Positions 36,475-44,507 of a stretch of DNA of 64,000 nt are shown here, piece by piece. Position numbers and translations under genes: made by a program. The DNA is from Spartobacteria bacterium (GTDB taxonomy: Bacteria > Verrucomicrobiota > Verrucomicrobiia > Chthoniobacterales > DASVRZ01). Under the pieces are notes generated by a model. The model was not told where the DNA came from. It saw only the letters and a program-made list of their open reading frames with translations, and made no database searches. Positions within the stretch are counted from its first letter, which is position 1. Every line of letters starts with the position of its first letter. The stretch is from assembly GCA_043758065.1 (NCBI GenBank), contig JAYVOE010000025.1:6158-70157 (forward strand), given 5' to 3'.

Positions 36475-36921
36475 CTATTGCTGGTTGATCGCCGTCTGGA
36501 CTTCGGCTTTCGATTTCTCGATGTAATCCGTGCTGAAAATATTCAGCTCGCCGTTGGTCGGATCATAAATGGCGAAGGCCTGTCCATCGGAACGTTGCCA
36601 GGTCTGCGCACCTTCGCCGGCGACTTCTTCCCATTTGTTGCCCGCAGCGCTGGTGTCGAGCAGTTTGATCTGCGATTCTGCGGTTAGCTTTAAACTCGTT
36701 AGCGACGTGTAAGTGATGACTGCCGCTTTATTTTCGACGAAAAGGATTTTTACGCTGACACCTTCATTCTTATAGAATCGAACGTCACTCGTCTTGTCCG
36801 TCGGTGCGGTTGGTTTGCCGTAACGCGCGTCGCATTCCTGCACCGTGGCAAACATCTGCGCCTGAGCAGTCATGGCCCAGGTGAGACTCAATAAAACCAG
36901 CAGTAGGGAAATCGTGCGCAT
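36475..36921 (-). CDS. hypothetical secreted protein
   Basis: MRTISLLLVLLSLTWAMTAQA signal peptide from ATG 36921. The track start at 36945 lies inside a motif copy. Confidence 0.5.
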   Translation of the reverse strand: MRTISLLLVLLSLTWAMTAQAQMFATVQECDARYGKPTAPTDKTSDVRFYKNEGVSVKILFVENKAAVITYTSLTSLKLTAESQIKLLDTSAAGNKWEEVAGEGAQTWQRSDGQAFAIYDPTNGELNIFSTDYIEKSKAEVQTAINQQ

Positions 36922-36943
36922 CAAAAGTTGAGCGGAGTTAGAC
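36922..36943 (-). repeat. interspersed motif copy (GTCTAACTCCGCTCAACTTTTG on the minus strand, abutting ATG 36921)
   Basis: Read directly. Confidence 0.8.
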
Positions 36944-36972
36944 ACGAATCTGGTTTGCTTGCCAAGTGAATT

Positions 36973-37968
36973 TCACACATCGCGCTCCGGTCGCGGATCG
37001 CGGGCGAGCAAGCGGCGCATCGCTTCGGCGGGCTGGGCGTTCTCATAGAGAATGGAATAAATCTCCGAGACAATCGGCGTCTCGATGTTGGCTGCGAGCG
37101 CACATTGACGGGCACTGCGCGTGGTCGGCACGCCCTCGGCGATCATTTTCGTGGAACTGGAAATACTAGCTAATGTCTCGCCGCGAGCGATGCGTTCTCC
37201 GAGTCCGCGATTGCGACTGTGACGGCTAAAACAGGTGACCATTAAGTCGCCGATGCCGCTGAGTCCTTGAAACGTTTCGCGACGTCCGCCGAGTGAAACG
37301 CCGAGCCGGATCATTTCGGCAAGGGCACGTGTAACGAGCGCCGCCTTGGTGTTATCGCCCATGCCGAGGCCATCGGAAATGCCGGCGGCAATCGCGAAGA
37401 TATTTTTCAGAGCGCCACCTAACTCGATTCCGGCGACATCGTCACTGGTGTAGGCGCGAAAGGCGCAGCCATTGAGAACGCGTTGCAAATCGACCGCGAC
37501 TTCGTGATCGTTTGATCCTAACACCACGCAGGTCGGACGTTGCTGCGCGACTTCTTCGGCGTGGGACGGACCGGATAGCACGGCGACCGGATTGTTAGGA
37601 AAATATTCGGCCACGATCTGCGTCATGCGCTCACCGGTATCGAACTCGATCCCCTTGGTGCAGCTCGCCAGAATGCACTCGGACTCAAATCCAATTTTGG
37701 CCATCTGCGCAACGATCCCGCGCAAGGCAATGCTAGGTGGAACTAACAAAACGATTTGAGCTTGAGCGCAATCTTCCAGCGCGTGAGTCGGGGTGATCAG
37801 CTCGGGCAGTTGGATGCCGGGGAGGTAAGTCGTATTCTCGCGATCCCGGCGGAGTTGCGCGGTGAATTCTTCGCCGCGAGCCCAGAGCGCGACTTCGTGG
37901 CCTTGTCGTGCTAGCACTAATGCTAGTGCGGTGCCCCAGCTTCCGGCTCCGATGACGGCGGTTTTCAT
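36973..37968 (-). CDS. gpsA: NAD(P)H-dependent glycerol-3-phosphate dehydrogenase
   Basis: MKTAVIGAGSWGTALA, plus conserved GpsA blocks (GALKNIFAIAAG). Confidence 0.9.
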   Translation of the reverse strand: MKTAVIGAGSWGTALALVLARQGHEVALWARGEEFTAQLRRDRENTTYLPGIQLPELITPTHALEDCAQAQIVLLVPPSIALRGIVAQMAKIGFESECILASCTKGIEFDTGERMTQIVAEYFPNNPVAVLSGPSHAEEVAQQRPTCVVLGSNDHEVAVDLQRVLNGCAFRAYTSDDVAGIELGGALKNIFAIAAGISDGLGMGDNTKAALVTRALAEMIRLGVSLGGRRETFQGLSGIGDLMVTCFSRHSRNRGLGERIARGETLASISSSTKMIAEGVPTTRSARQCALAANIETPIVSEIYSILYENAQPAEAMRRLLARDPRPERDV

Positions 37969-38588
37969 TTCTTTTTTGTAAACCGCGGTTCCGTTCCGGC
38001 GATGAGTCGGGCGATGTTAGCTTTGTGGCGCAGCACCACTAACAAGCTAACGGTAATAGCGAAGATCAGGATGTAACTCCCATGAGAACTTTCGCGGACC
38101 ACTAGCAGGTAGACCGCGACTGGAATCGTAAGAGCGGCAATGATCGAAGCGACAGAAACGTAGCGCGTGCTGTAAAATAAAATCAGCCAGGTGGCGAGGA
38201 CGACTAACATGACGAGCGGTTGAAAGAGTGTTAGCAACACGCCGGCGGTCGTCGCGACGCCTTTGCCGCCTTTGAAGCCGAGCCACGGCGTATAGCTATG
38301 GCCGAGGATGCAGCTGATCGACGCGATGATTTCTCCCAGCTGATCGGGATGCGCGCCGGTGAGGAAACGTCCTAACAAAACAGCTGCCACACCTTTTAAG
38401 GCATCGAGCGCGAATACGGTGTAACCCGGCCCTTTTCCTAACACTCGTAGAACGTTGGTCGCGCCGATGTTCTTGCTGCCATGCTCGCGGATGTCGATGC
38501 CCTTTGTCCTGGCCACGAGAAATCCATTCGGGATCGATCCTAACATAAACGCCGACACAGCGGTGGTGATCAAGGGGACGGAATTCAC
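37965..38588 (-). CDS. plsY: glycerol-3-phosphate acyltransferase PlsY
   Basis: It has the HGSKNIGATNVLR motif and 5-6 TM helices. GTG start, with a 4-nt overlap with gpsA. Confidence 0.9.
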   Translation of the reverse strand: MNSVPLITTAVSAFMLGSIPNGFLVARTKGIDIREHGSKNIGATNVLRVLGKGPGYTVFALDALKGVAAVLLGRFLTGAHPDQLGEIIASISCILGHSYTPWLGFKGGKGVATTAGVLLTLFQPLVMLVVLATWLILFYSTRYVSVASIIAALTIPVAVYLLVVRESSHGSYILIFAITVSLLVVLRHKANIARLIAGTEPRFTKKK

Positions 38589-38590
38589 GG

Positions 38591-38611
38591 GGAAAAAGTG
38601 ATCGGAGTTAG
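38591..38611 (-). repeat. interspersed motif copy (CTAACTCCGATCACTTTTTCC on the minus strand, 2 nt before the plsY GTG)
   Basis: Read directly. Confidence 0.8.
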
Positions 38612-38615
38612 AACG

Positions 38616-39437
38616 TTATCTGATGAGATGTTGCAGGATGTTACGAGCGCTGGCGGAGAAGTCCACCGTGCTGCAAAACGCCTCGCGCAGATAGTCGTGC
38701 AGCGCGACATGCGGCGAGGCCACGATGAGAAACGTGGCGAGCAGCGCGAGGTTCATCAGATAGATGATGACGAGTGAAAAGAGCGTGCCGTGTTCCGTCA
38801 GGTCCGTCTGGCCTTTGGGGATCATCCAGAGCGTGAATGTGAGATGAAATCCCCACGACGCGCCGATGAGGGCGAAGAGATATTCGTGATAGCTCTCCAT
38901 GGGATGAAAGAGCGACACCGCGCCCCAGATCGCGATGGTTAGGAGGCTGTAGATCGGGAAAAAATACGGCGCGAGCGCGATGAGGAAATTGCTCTTGTCC
39001 GTAATGATGTGGCCGCCTTCGCTAGTCGCCTCGAAATGACTGACGCGACCACCCATGATCCAGACCCAGACGGCGTGCGTCAGCTCGTGACCATAGACAT
39101 AGACTAACAACGGCTTCGGTAATCCAACAAACGCGATCAGCCACAAAATGACGCCGAGACCGAAGAACCAGAATTCCTCCGTGGCCCAGAAACGATGTTG
39201 CAACGTGGCGACGGAGAAGCAGTTAAAGAACGCCTCGGTCGCGATCCAGCTAACCGGCAGGAGAAACAGCCCGATGACGAATTTCAACCATCGGCTTGGG
39301 ATGGTGAGCGGCGCGCGCTGTTCGTAAGCCATGGTCGTCCGCAGCAGCGTAGATTTCTCACGGGGTCGGATCGAGCGACGTTTGTTTCCTTTGGGCATTG
39401 CGATGCGGATAATATGGAAGTGGCCGGAGGAAGTCAA
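38616..39437 (-). CDS. membrane protein with an HExxH zinc-metalloprotease motif (DUF3267-like)
   Basis: It has the motif GHELTHAVWVW between TM helices. The start is uncertain (several in-frame ATGs). Confidence 0.55.
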   Translation of the reverse strand: MTSSGHFHIIRIAMPKGNKRRSIRPREKSTLLRTTMAYEQRAPLTIPSRWLKFVIGLFLLPVSWIATEAFFNCFSVATLQHRFWATEEFWFFGLGVILWLIAFVGLPKPLLVYVYGHELTHAVWVWIMGGRVSHFEATSEGGHIITDKSNFLIALAPYFFPIYSLLTIAIWGAVSLFHPMESYHEYLFALIGASWGFHLTFTLWMIPKGQTDLTEHGTLFSLVIIYLMNLALLATFLIVASPHVALHDYLREAFCSTVDFSASARNILQHLIR

Positions 39438-39611
39438 AACTGGGCCGCGACGATCTTGAGCTGTAAACTTTCTCAGCGGAGTTGGATTCGACTGTGGCGC
39501 AGAACGACAGTGGACTTACCTTTCGACTAAATCGCGAGATGTCGGCCGTCAGCGCGAGCCTGATCGGTGCGAAAGAAGAAGCCGGTTAAGACCCCGGGCA
39601 AAAAGCTTATA

Positions 39612-40112
39612 TTAGGTGCAGCGGTGAAATCTGTTTCCGCATGGTGGACATTTTACTCGGATATTCCCATAACCTTCCGGAATTCGAAGCATTTGGGCGC
39701 AACAAGGACATCTAATAATGACCTTCGTGCTTTCCTTGTATCTGACGTATGCGGAAAGGCAGGAAGAAAGCCAGCGGTCATGCTGGATTAGACACCAAAC
39801 AAAACTAGTCAAGTATACGAATAGAATCAAAATGGTTAAAAGCAGCGTTACCGGTACGGCAACAAAGGCGAAAATCATTAGGCTGATGGAGAAAATCACG
39901 AGGATGGCCTTGAGCCAGACAGGACGATCTCGGAAACGTGCGGCAGCATTTATCTGCTTCGGTGATTGAGTGTTTTTAACTTTCTTGCGAAACTCTTTTC
40001 GGAAGTGAGCCTTTCCCAAGCTGAAGACGGCTTTCCCCATTTCTATTTCCTCGCTAGCCGAAAGCTTGGGTGGCCTCCAATTCAATGTTACATATTGAAA
40101 TTGATAGATCAT
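39612..40112 (-). CDS. orphan membrane protein with a C-terminal zinc ribbon (low-GC islet)
   Basis: It has two central TM helices and a C-terminal CPCC-x18-CPPC ribbon (IRCPCCAQMLRIPEGYGNIRVKCPPCGNRF). The local GC is clearly lower than in the flanks. Confidence 0.45.
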   Translation of the reverse strand: MIYQFQYVTLNWRPPKLSASEEIEMGKAVFSLGKAHFRKEFRKKVKNTQSPKQINAAARFRDRPVWLKAILVIFSISLMIFAFVAVPVTLLLTILILFVYLTSFVWCLIQHDRWLSSCLSAYVRYKESTKVIIRCPCCAQMLRIPEGYGNIRVKCPPCGNRFHRCT

Positions 40113-40201
40113 ATGCCGTTAGAGGTCAGCTATCAGGAGGCTAGTTCACCTCTAACCAGACTTGCTGCTCTGATAAGATTTCAGCAGTAGACTCCAGTTT
40201 C

Positions 40202-40528
40202 TCATCGATGTGCAGGGCTGAAATGTTCAAGTGATTGCTCCTTTGTATTTTTTGCGGAGATGACAAAAGAACAGATCGAAACAGATAGAGCTATACCTGA
40301 TAAAAAAAGCGCAATCCAAGATACTAGCGAACGACTCCAAAAATCTCTTATCCATTGGCGAGTCTCCAATTCTAAAGCGTAAATGGAGGCATAATCTGGG
40401 CTCGAGAATCTGATGTTCGATTCAAAATGTAATTGCGTGTCAGGCCTGTCGAGAAAGCTATGGTCGCGCGTAGGGAAAAATATCTTTCTTAACCAACGAT
40501 CAAGCCGTGGTCGCGTCCGAAGTTTCAT
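40202..40528 (-). CDS. orphan small protein with one TM helix (low-GC islet)
   Basis: 108 aa with the TM segment LVSWIALFLSGIALSVSICSFVI. I recognise no family. Confidence 0.35.
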   Translation of the reverse strand: MKLRTRPRLDRWLRKIFFPTRDHSFLDRPDTQLHFESNIRFSSPDYASIYALELETRQWIRDFWSRSLVSWIALFLSGIALSVSICSFVISAKNTKEQSLEHFSPAHR

Positions 40529-40565
40529 AAAATTCTCAGATTCGGATGAATCAAACTAGCCAACA

Positions 40566-41318
40566 TTACCCGTCGAAGGGGCGGTTCAGCGTGAGGTGGA
40601 AGAGGCGGCGGGTGGTGTAGTTTTTGTCATCCCAGTAGGGGAATAATGCGTCGGCGGCGTATTGCACTGTGATGCGGCGGTCGGTTATCGATTCGAGTTG
40701 CAGGCGTATGCTGCCGCGCAGGTCGGTGGCGTCGTCTTGTTTTTTGTTCTGCTTTTTGTCGGCATCGATCCAGGCGGCGAGTTTGCTGCCGAGCCCGGTG
40801 ATGCGGGCGGCATCGACGCCGGGGAGGTTGTCGGCCGTGGCGTGGACGATGATGTCGCGGGTGTATTGTTCGAGGTTGTCGCGGTTGCCGGCAATGCGAT
40901 GGCCGATGTGGTAGTTCGGCAGGAGTTGCGGGCGTTTGCGGGCAAATTTCTGCTTGGCGCGGCTTTGGAAATATTGGATTTCATGAACGAGATCGATCTC
41001 TTCGTCCGTCTCCTCCACGGTGATGAGCTTTTTTTCGTTGATGGCTCCGGTGGCTTGGGTGCTGGTGTTTTGGCAAGCCTGGATGTTGGCGATGAGTTCG
41101 TTCAGACTCGCTTCAGTAATGTTCCAATCGTCGGAGGCGGGATCGGGATCGCCGTCGCTTTCGACGAGCAGTGCGACGCGGACGGGATCGAGGGCGGCCT
41201 GGGCGATGTCGAGCGCTTTGGCGAGGGAGGCGATTTGTGCCTGGTTCAGGCCGGACGGGGTCGCTGGTTTTTTAGGCGGGGTGGAATCGTCGGGTGGGGG
41301 AGTGGTGGAATCAGGCAT
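40566..41318 (-). CDS. hypothetical protein (250 aa) with a Pro/Thr-rich N-terminus
   Basis: It has host-like GC and contains one copy of the interspersed motif (40687-40704). No domain recognised. Confidence 0.55.
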   Translation of the reverse strand: MPDSTTPPPDDSTPPKKPATPSGLNQAQIASLAKALDIAQAALDPVRVALLVESDGDPDPASDDWNITEASLNELIANIQACQNTSTQATGAINEKKLITVEETDEEIDLVHEIQYFQSRAKQKFARKRPQLLPNYHIGHRIAGNRDNLEQYTRDIIVHATADNLPGVDAARITGLGSKLAAWIDADKKQNKKQDDATDLRGSIRLQLESITDRRITVQYAADALFPYWDDKNYTTRRLFHLTLNRPFDG

Positions 41319-41410
41319 AATGGCGAGGGTTAATAGAAGTGGATCCTTTTAGCAAGATTTCTTGGTGGAAGTGCGCTGAGGAGGTTCAACGAGAGGTTTT
41401 CGCCTCCCTT

Positions 41411-41663
41411 TGGGCCCCAAACATCTGATTTCGGGCCATTGTTGTCTGATTTTGGCGCGAAACATCTGATTTCGCCCCGATGCGGTCTGATTCGGGTGCG
41501 AGCGTTGTCTGTTTTTCGCCCCGTGCGGACTGAATTTCCTGCGTTTTCGTCCGTCTCCGGGGCCTTGTGAACCGATATCACGCCGATGCGATCTGGTGTG
41601 GACGCCAGTGTCTTCTGATATTCTGCCGATGCGGACTGATTTTTAGTCACCAGCGTCTGCGCC
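41411..41663. repeat. array of ~11 imperfect direct repeats, 20-22 bp period, core TCTGATTTC
   Basis: The core TCTGAT or a near-variant starts at 41424, 41445, 41465, 41486, 41508, 41529, 41592, 41614, 41635 and 41656. The unit subtypes are aaacaTCTGATTTC, gttgTCTGATTTT and GCCCCGATGCGGTCTGATTC. Confidence 0.7.
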
Positions 41664-41725
41664 ACTCCTCATTTCGATCAAGAATATTGATTGCCGATCG
41701 GGAGACGGGTTAATAACTTTCAGTC

Positions 41726-41950
41726 ATGTCGCGCATCGTGATCGACCCGGATATTTGCAATGGGCAACCTGTCGTGAAGGGCACGCGCATCACTGCCCAG
41801 ACGGTGCTGGAATTTTTGGCGGCAGGATATTCGGTGGAAGAGGTGTTGGAGGAATATCCCTCGTTGACGAAGGAGGATGTGCTGGCCTGTATCGGGTTGT
41901 CGTCGGCAGAGCTCAATGCCCAGCCTGATACGGCTCTAACTCGAGCCTAA
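41726..41950 (+). CDS. DUF433 domain protein (antitoxin-like), no partner gene adjacent
   Basis: MSRIVIDPDICNGQPVVKGTRITAQTVLEFLAAGYSVEEVLEEYPSLTKEDV is the characteristic DUF433 pattern. Confidence 0.7.
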   Translation: MSRIVIDPDICNGQPVVKGTRITAQTVLEFLAAGYSVEEVLEEYPSLTKEDVLACIGLSSAELNAQPDTALTRA

Positions 41951-41977
41951 ATACGCGCGGCCCACAAAAGAGCCTCT

Positions 41978-42535
41978 CTACGCCCGGCCCATGTAGTGGC
42001 CGTTGCGGGTGTCGATTTTGATGAGTTCGCCTTCTTTGATGAAGAGGGGGACGTTGACGACTTTGCCGGTCTCCAGCGTGGCGGGCTTTTGGACGTTGCT
42101 GGCGGTGTCGCCACGGACGCCTTCAGCGCTTTCGATGACGCGGATGTTGACGCTGGCGGGCATTTCGACCTGGACGGGTTTGTCTTCGACGAAGAGGACT
42201 TCGACCTGGAGGTTTTCGATGAGGTAGTCTTTGGTGTCGGCCAAAAGTTCGCCGGAGAGGGTGACGGTGTCGTAGGTGGCGGGGTCGATGAAGACGAAGT
42301 CGCTGCCGTCTTTATAGGAATACTCAAGTTGCTGGCGGGAGACGTCGATGAGTTCGATCTTGTCGGTGGAGCCGAAGCGGACGTCGGCGGATTTACCGGT
42401 GCCGATGTAGCGGATGATGGCCTGGACGAAGGCGCGCAGGTTGCCCGGGGTGCGGTGCATGACTTCGAGGACGATGGCGACGTTGCCGTTGTAGCGGATG
42501 GCTTGTCCTTTGCGGAGATCGTTGGCTGCGGGCAT
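41978..42535 (-). CDS. efp: elongation factor P
   Basis: A 185-aa protein with EF-P domain order and conserved blocks (TPGNLRAFVQ..., VEMPASVNIRV, ETGKVVNVPLFI). Confidence 0.95.
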   Translation of the reverse strand: MPAANDLRKGQAIRYNGNVAIVLEVMHRTPGNLRAFVQAIIRYIGTGKSADVRFGSTDKIELIDVSRQQLEYSYKDGSDFVFIDPATYDTVTLSGELLADTKDYLIENLQVEVLFVEDKPVQVEMPASVNIRVIESAEGVRGDTASNVQKPATLETGKVVNVPLFIKEGELIKIDTRNGHYMGRA

Positions 42536-42556
42536 ATAAAAAGTGAGTGGAGTTAG
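42536..42556 (-). repeat. interspersed motif copy (CTAACTCCACTCACTTTTTAT on the minus strand, abutting the efp ATG)
   Basis: Read directly. Confidence 0.8.
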
Positions 42557-42579
42557 GGAGTTATCTGAGGTGCTAGGTA

Positions 42580-43563
42580 TTAAAGGAGTTTGAACTTAGC
42601 GAGGTCTTGCGAATCTACAATGCCAATTGGGCGGCGGTCGACGTCGAGCACGACGAGGTCGTCGATGTGGTGGGTTTCGAGGATTTCGAGGACGGCGACG
42701 GCGAGTTCGCTGGAGAAAATAGTGATGGGACTGGGAGTCATATAGCGCTCGACGGGGTGGTCGCCGAGCGTGGGGTCGGTCTCGAAGTGACGGGCAAAGT
42801 CGCCGTGGGTGAAGATGCCGGCGAGGGTGCCGTCGGCCTCGGTAACGACGGCGGCGCCGCTGCGGCGTGCGCGCATTTCGTGGAGGACGCTACGGATCGT
42901 GGTGGTGCGGGCGACGAGGGCGAGGCGTTCGCGGTCGCGCATGATGTCGGTGACGCGGAGGAGAAGGCGTCGGCCGAGGTTGCCGCCAGGGTGGAATTTG
43001 GCGAAGTCCTCCGTGGTGAAGCCGCGGGCTTCGAGGAGGACCATGGCCAGGGCGTCGCCGAGCGCGAGCATGACGGTGGTGCTGGAGGTGGGCGCGAGCT
43101 GGAGCGGGCAGGCTTCTTGTTCGACGGAGGCGTCGAGGTGGACGGCGCTGTTTTTGGCGAGAAGGGACTGGGCGTTGCCGGTCATGGAGACGATCTCGAC
43201 GGAGAAACGTCGCAGCGCAGGGAGGAGGCCGACGATTTCTTCGGTTTCGCCGGATGCGGAGAGGATGAGGATGACATCGCCATCCGAGACGACGCCGAGA
43301 TCGCCGTGGATGGCGTTGACGGAATGGAGGACGACGGAGAGCGAGCCGGTGCTGGTGAGGGTGGCGGAGATCTTCTCGGCGATGTGGCCGGATTTGCCGA
43401 CTCCGATGACGACGATCTTTTTTCCTGCCGCGGTAGCTTTGAGGAAAATTTCCATCGCAGTTACAAACGATTCATCGAGCCGGTCCTCCAATTTGCGCAA
43501 TTCGGCGATCTCGATCTGCAACACGCGGCGCGCCTGGCTGAGATAGCTGATGGGGTCACTCAT
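42580..43563 (-). CDS. kpsF: arabinose-5-phosphate isomerase (KpsF/GutQ; SIS plus tandem CBS)
   Basis: It has the SIS motif GVGKSGHIAEKISATLTSTG and two C-terminal CBS domains. Confidence 0.85.
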   Translation of the reverse strand: MSDPISYLSQARRVLQIEIAELRKLEDRLDESFVTAMEIFLKATAAGKKIVVIGVGKSGHIAEKISATLTSTGSLSVVLHSVNAIHGDLGVVSDGDVILILSASGETEEIVGLLPALRRFSVEIVSMTGNAQSLLAKNSAVHLDASVEQEACPLQLAPTSSTTVMLALGDALAMVLLEARGFTTEDFAKFHPGGNLGRRLLLRVTDIMRDRERLALVARTTTIRSVLHEMRARRSGAAVVTEADGTLAGIFTHGDFARHFETDPTLGDHPVERYMTPSPITIFSSELAVAVLEILETHHIDDLVVLDVDRRPIGIVDSQDLAKFKLL

Positions 43564-43618
43564 GGGAACCGCGCAGCCTACATGGGAGAAACCTGCGGCG
43601 TCACTTGGAAAAAATGAC

Positions 43619-43646
43619 TTGATTCCCCCTCCGAGACCGCTATAAG
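43619..43646 (+). promoter_or_regulatory. sigma-70-like promoter candidate for rpsB-tsf
   Basis: TTGATT-N16-TATAAG lies ~42 nt upstream of the rpsB ATG. Confidence 0.4.
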
Positions 43647-43687
43647 TCCACTCCCGTATTTTACAGAATCCGACCTAACTCCAATCT

Positions 43688-44416
43688 ATGTCTTCTATCG
43701 AACTAATGACCGAGCTGCTCGAAGCCGGTGTCCACTTTGGCCATCAAACCAAGCGTTGGAACCCCAAGATGCGCCCGTTTATCTACGAGAAACGCAACGC
43801 CATCTACGTCATCGACCTCGGCCAGACCGTTCGGCAGCTCGAAGTCGCGACTCAATTTCTGCATGACGTCGCAGCTCGCGGCGGAAAAATCCTTTTCATC
43901 GGCTGCAAAAAGCAAGCTCAGGAAGCGATCAAGGAAGCGGCTGTTGCGTGCGGCCAATATTACGTTAATCAGCGCTGGCTCGGTGGCACGCTGACCAATT
44001 TGCAGACCATTCGTAAGAGCATCGGTCGTCTCAAATACATCGAGACCATCGAAAAAGCCCCGGAATACAACATGATGGGCAAGCAGGAACTCGCCGCCCT
44101 CGCTCGTGAAGGCGTCAAGCTCGCTCGCAACCTCGATGGCATCCGCGACATGGACAAACTTCCTGACGCGATTGTCATCATTGACACCACTCGCGAAGGC
44201 ATCGCCGTCGCCGAGGCTCGGCGTTTGAAGATTCCGACCGTCGCCGTGGTGGACACCAACGCTGATCCGGAGCTGATCAATTACCCGATTGCTGGTAACG
44301 ACGACGCGATTCGTGCGATCCGCATCGTTCTCCAGAAACTGGTGGACGCCATCGTTTCGGGCAGCGGTTCTTCCGCGAAGAAGGAGCAAGCCGCTCTTTC
44401 CGGCGTCGCCGAATAA
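43688..44416 (+). CDS. rpsB: 30S ribosomal protein S2
   Basis: ELLEAGVHFGHQTKRWNPKM, with the conserved S2 sequence throughout. Confidence 0.95.
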   Translation: MSSIELMTELLEAGVHFGHQTKRWNPKMRPFIYEKRNAIYVIDLGQTVRQLEVATQFLHDVAARGGKILFIGCKKQAQEAIKEAAVACGQYYVNQRWLGGTLTNLQTIRKSIGRLKYIETIEKAPEYNMMGKQELAALAREGVKLARNLDGIRDMDKLPDAIVIIDTTREGIAVAEARRLKIPTVAVVDTNADPELINYPIAGNDDAIRAIRIVLQKLVDAIVSGSGSSAKKEQAALSGVAE

Positions 44417-44449
44417 CGTTTTTTCTCCGGCTTTTCGTAGCTGGAGCGA

Positions 44450-44478
44450 TGCCCCGGGTTTCACAAAAATCCGGGGCA
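44450..44478 (+). terminator. hairpin between rpsB and tsf (attenuator or weak terminator)
   Basis: TGCCCCGG/CCGGGGCA 8-bp stem with a 13-nt loop and a poor U-tract (AATCATTTT). Confidence 0.35.
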
Positions 44479-44507
44479 AATCATTTTAACACTTCACTCT
44501 AACTCCC

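Noticed and set aside
36973-38588. Apparent excess of CTAG, CTAAC/GTTAG and TTA/CTA leucine codons in gpsA, plsY and cysS
   Set aside because: I counted ~55 CTAG in the whole window, against ~245 expected from base composition. CTAG is therefore under-represented, as in most bacteria. CTAAC/GTTAG is near expectation apart from copies belonging to the CTAACTC motif.
41411-41663. CRISPR array
   Set aside because: The units are contiguous at ~21 bp with no unique spacers, the repeats are degenerate, and no cas genes are present in the window.
42607-43617. 336-aa and 245-aa plus-strand ORFs opposite kpsF; likewise 45210-46070 opposite the OMP gene, 6486-7487 opposite the TIGR03943-like gene, and 41996-42556 opposite efp
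   Set aside because: These are Gly/Asp/Glu/Arg-rich shadow frames antisense to genes with clear family signatures.
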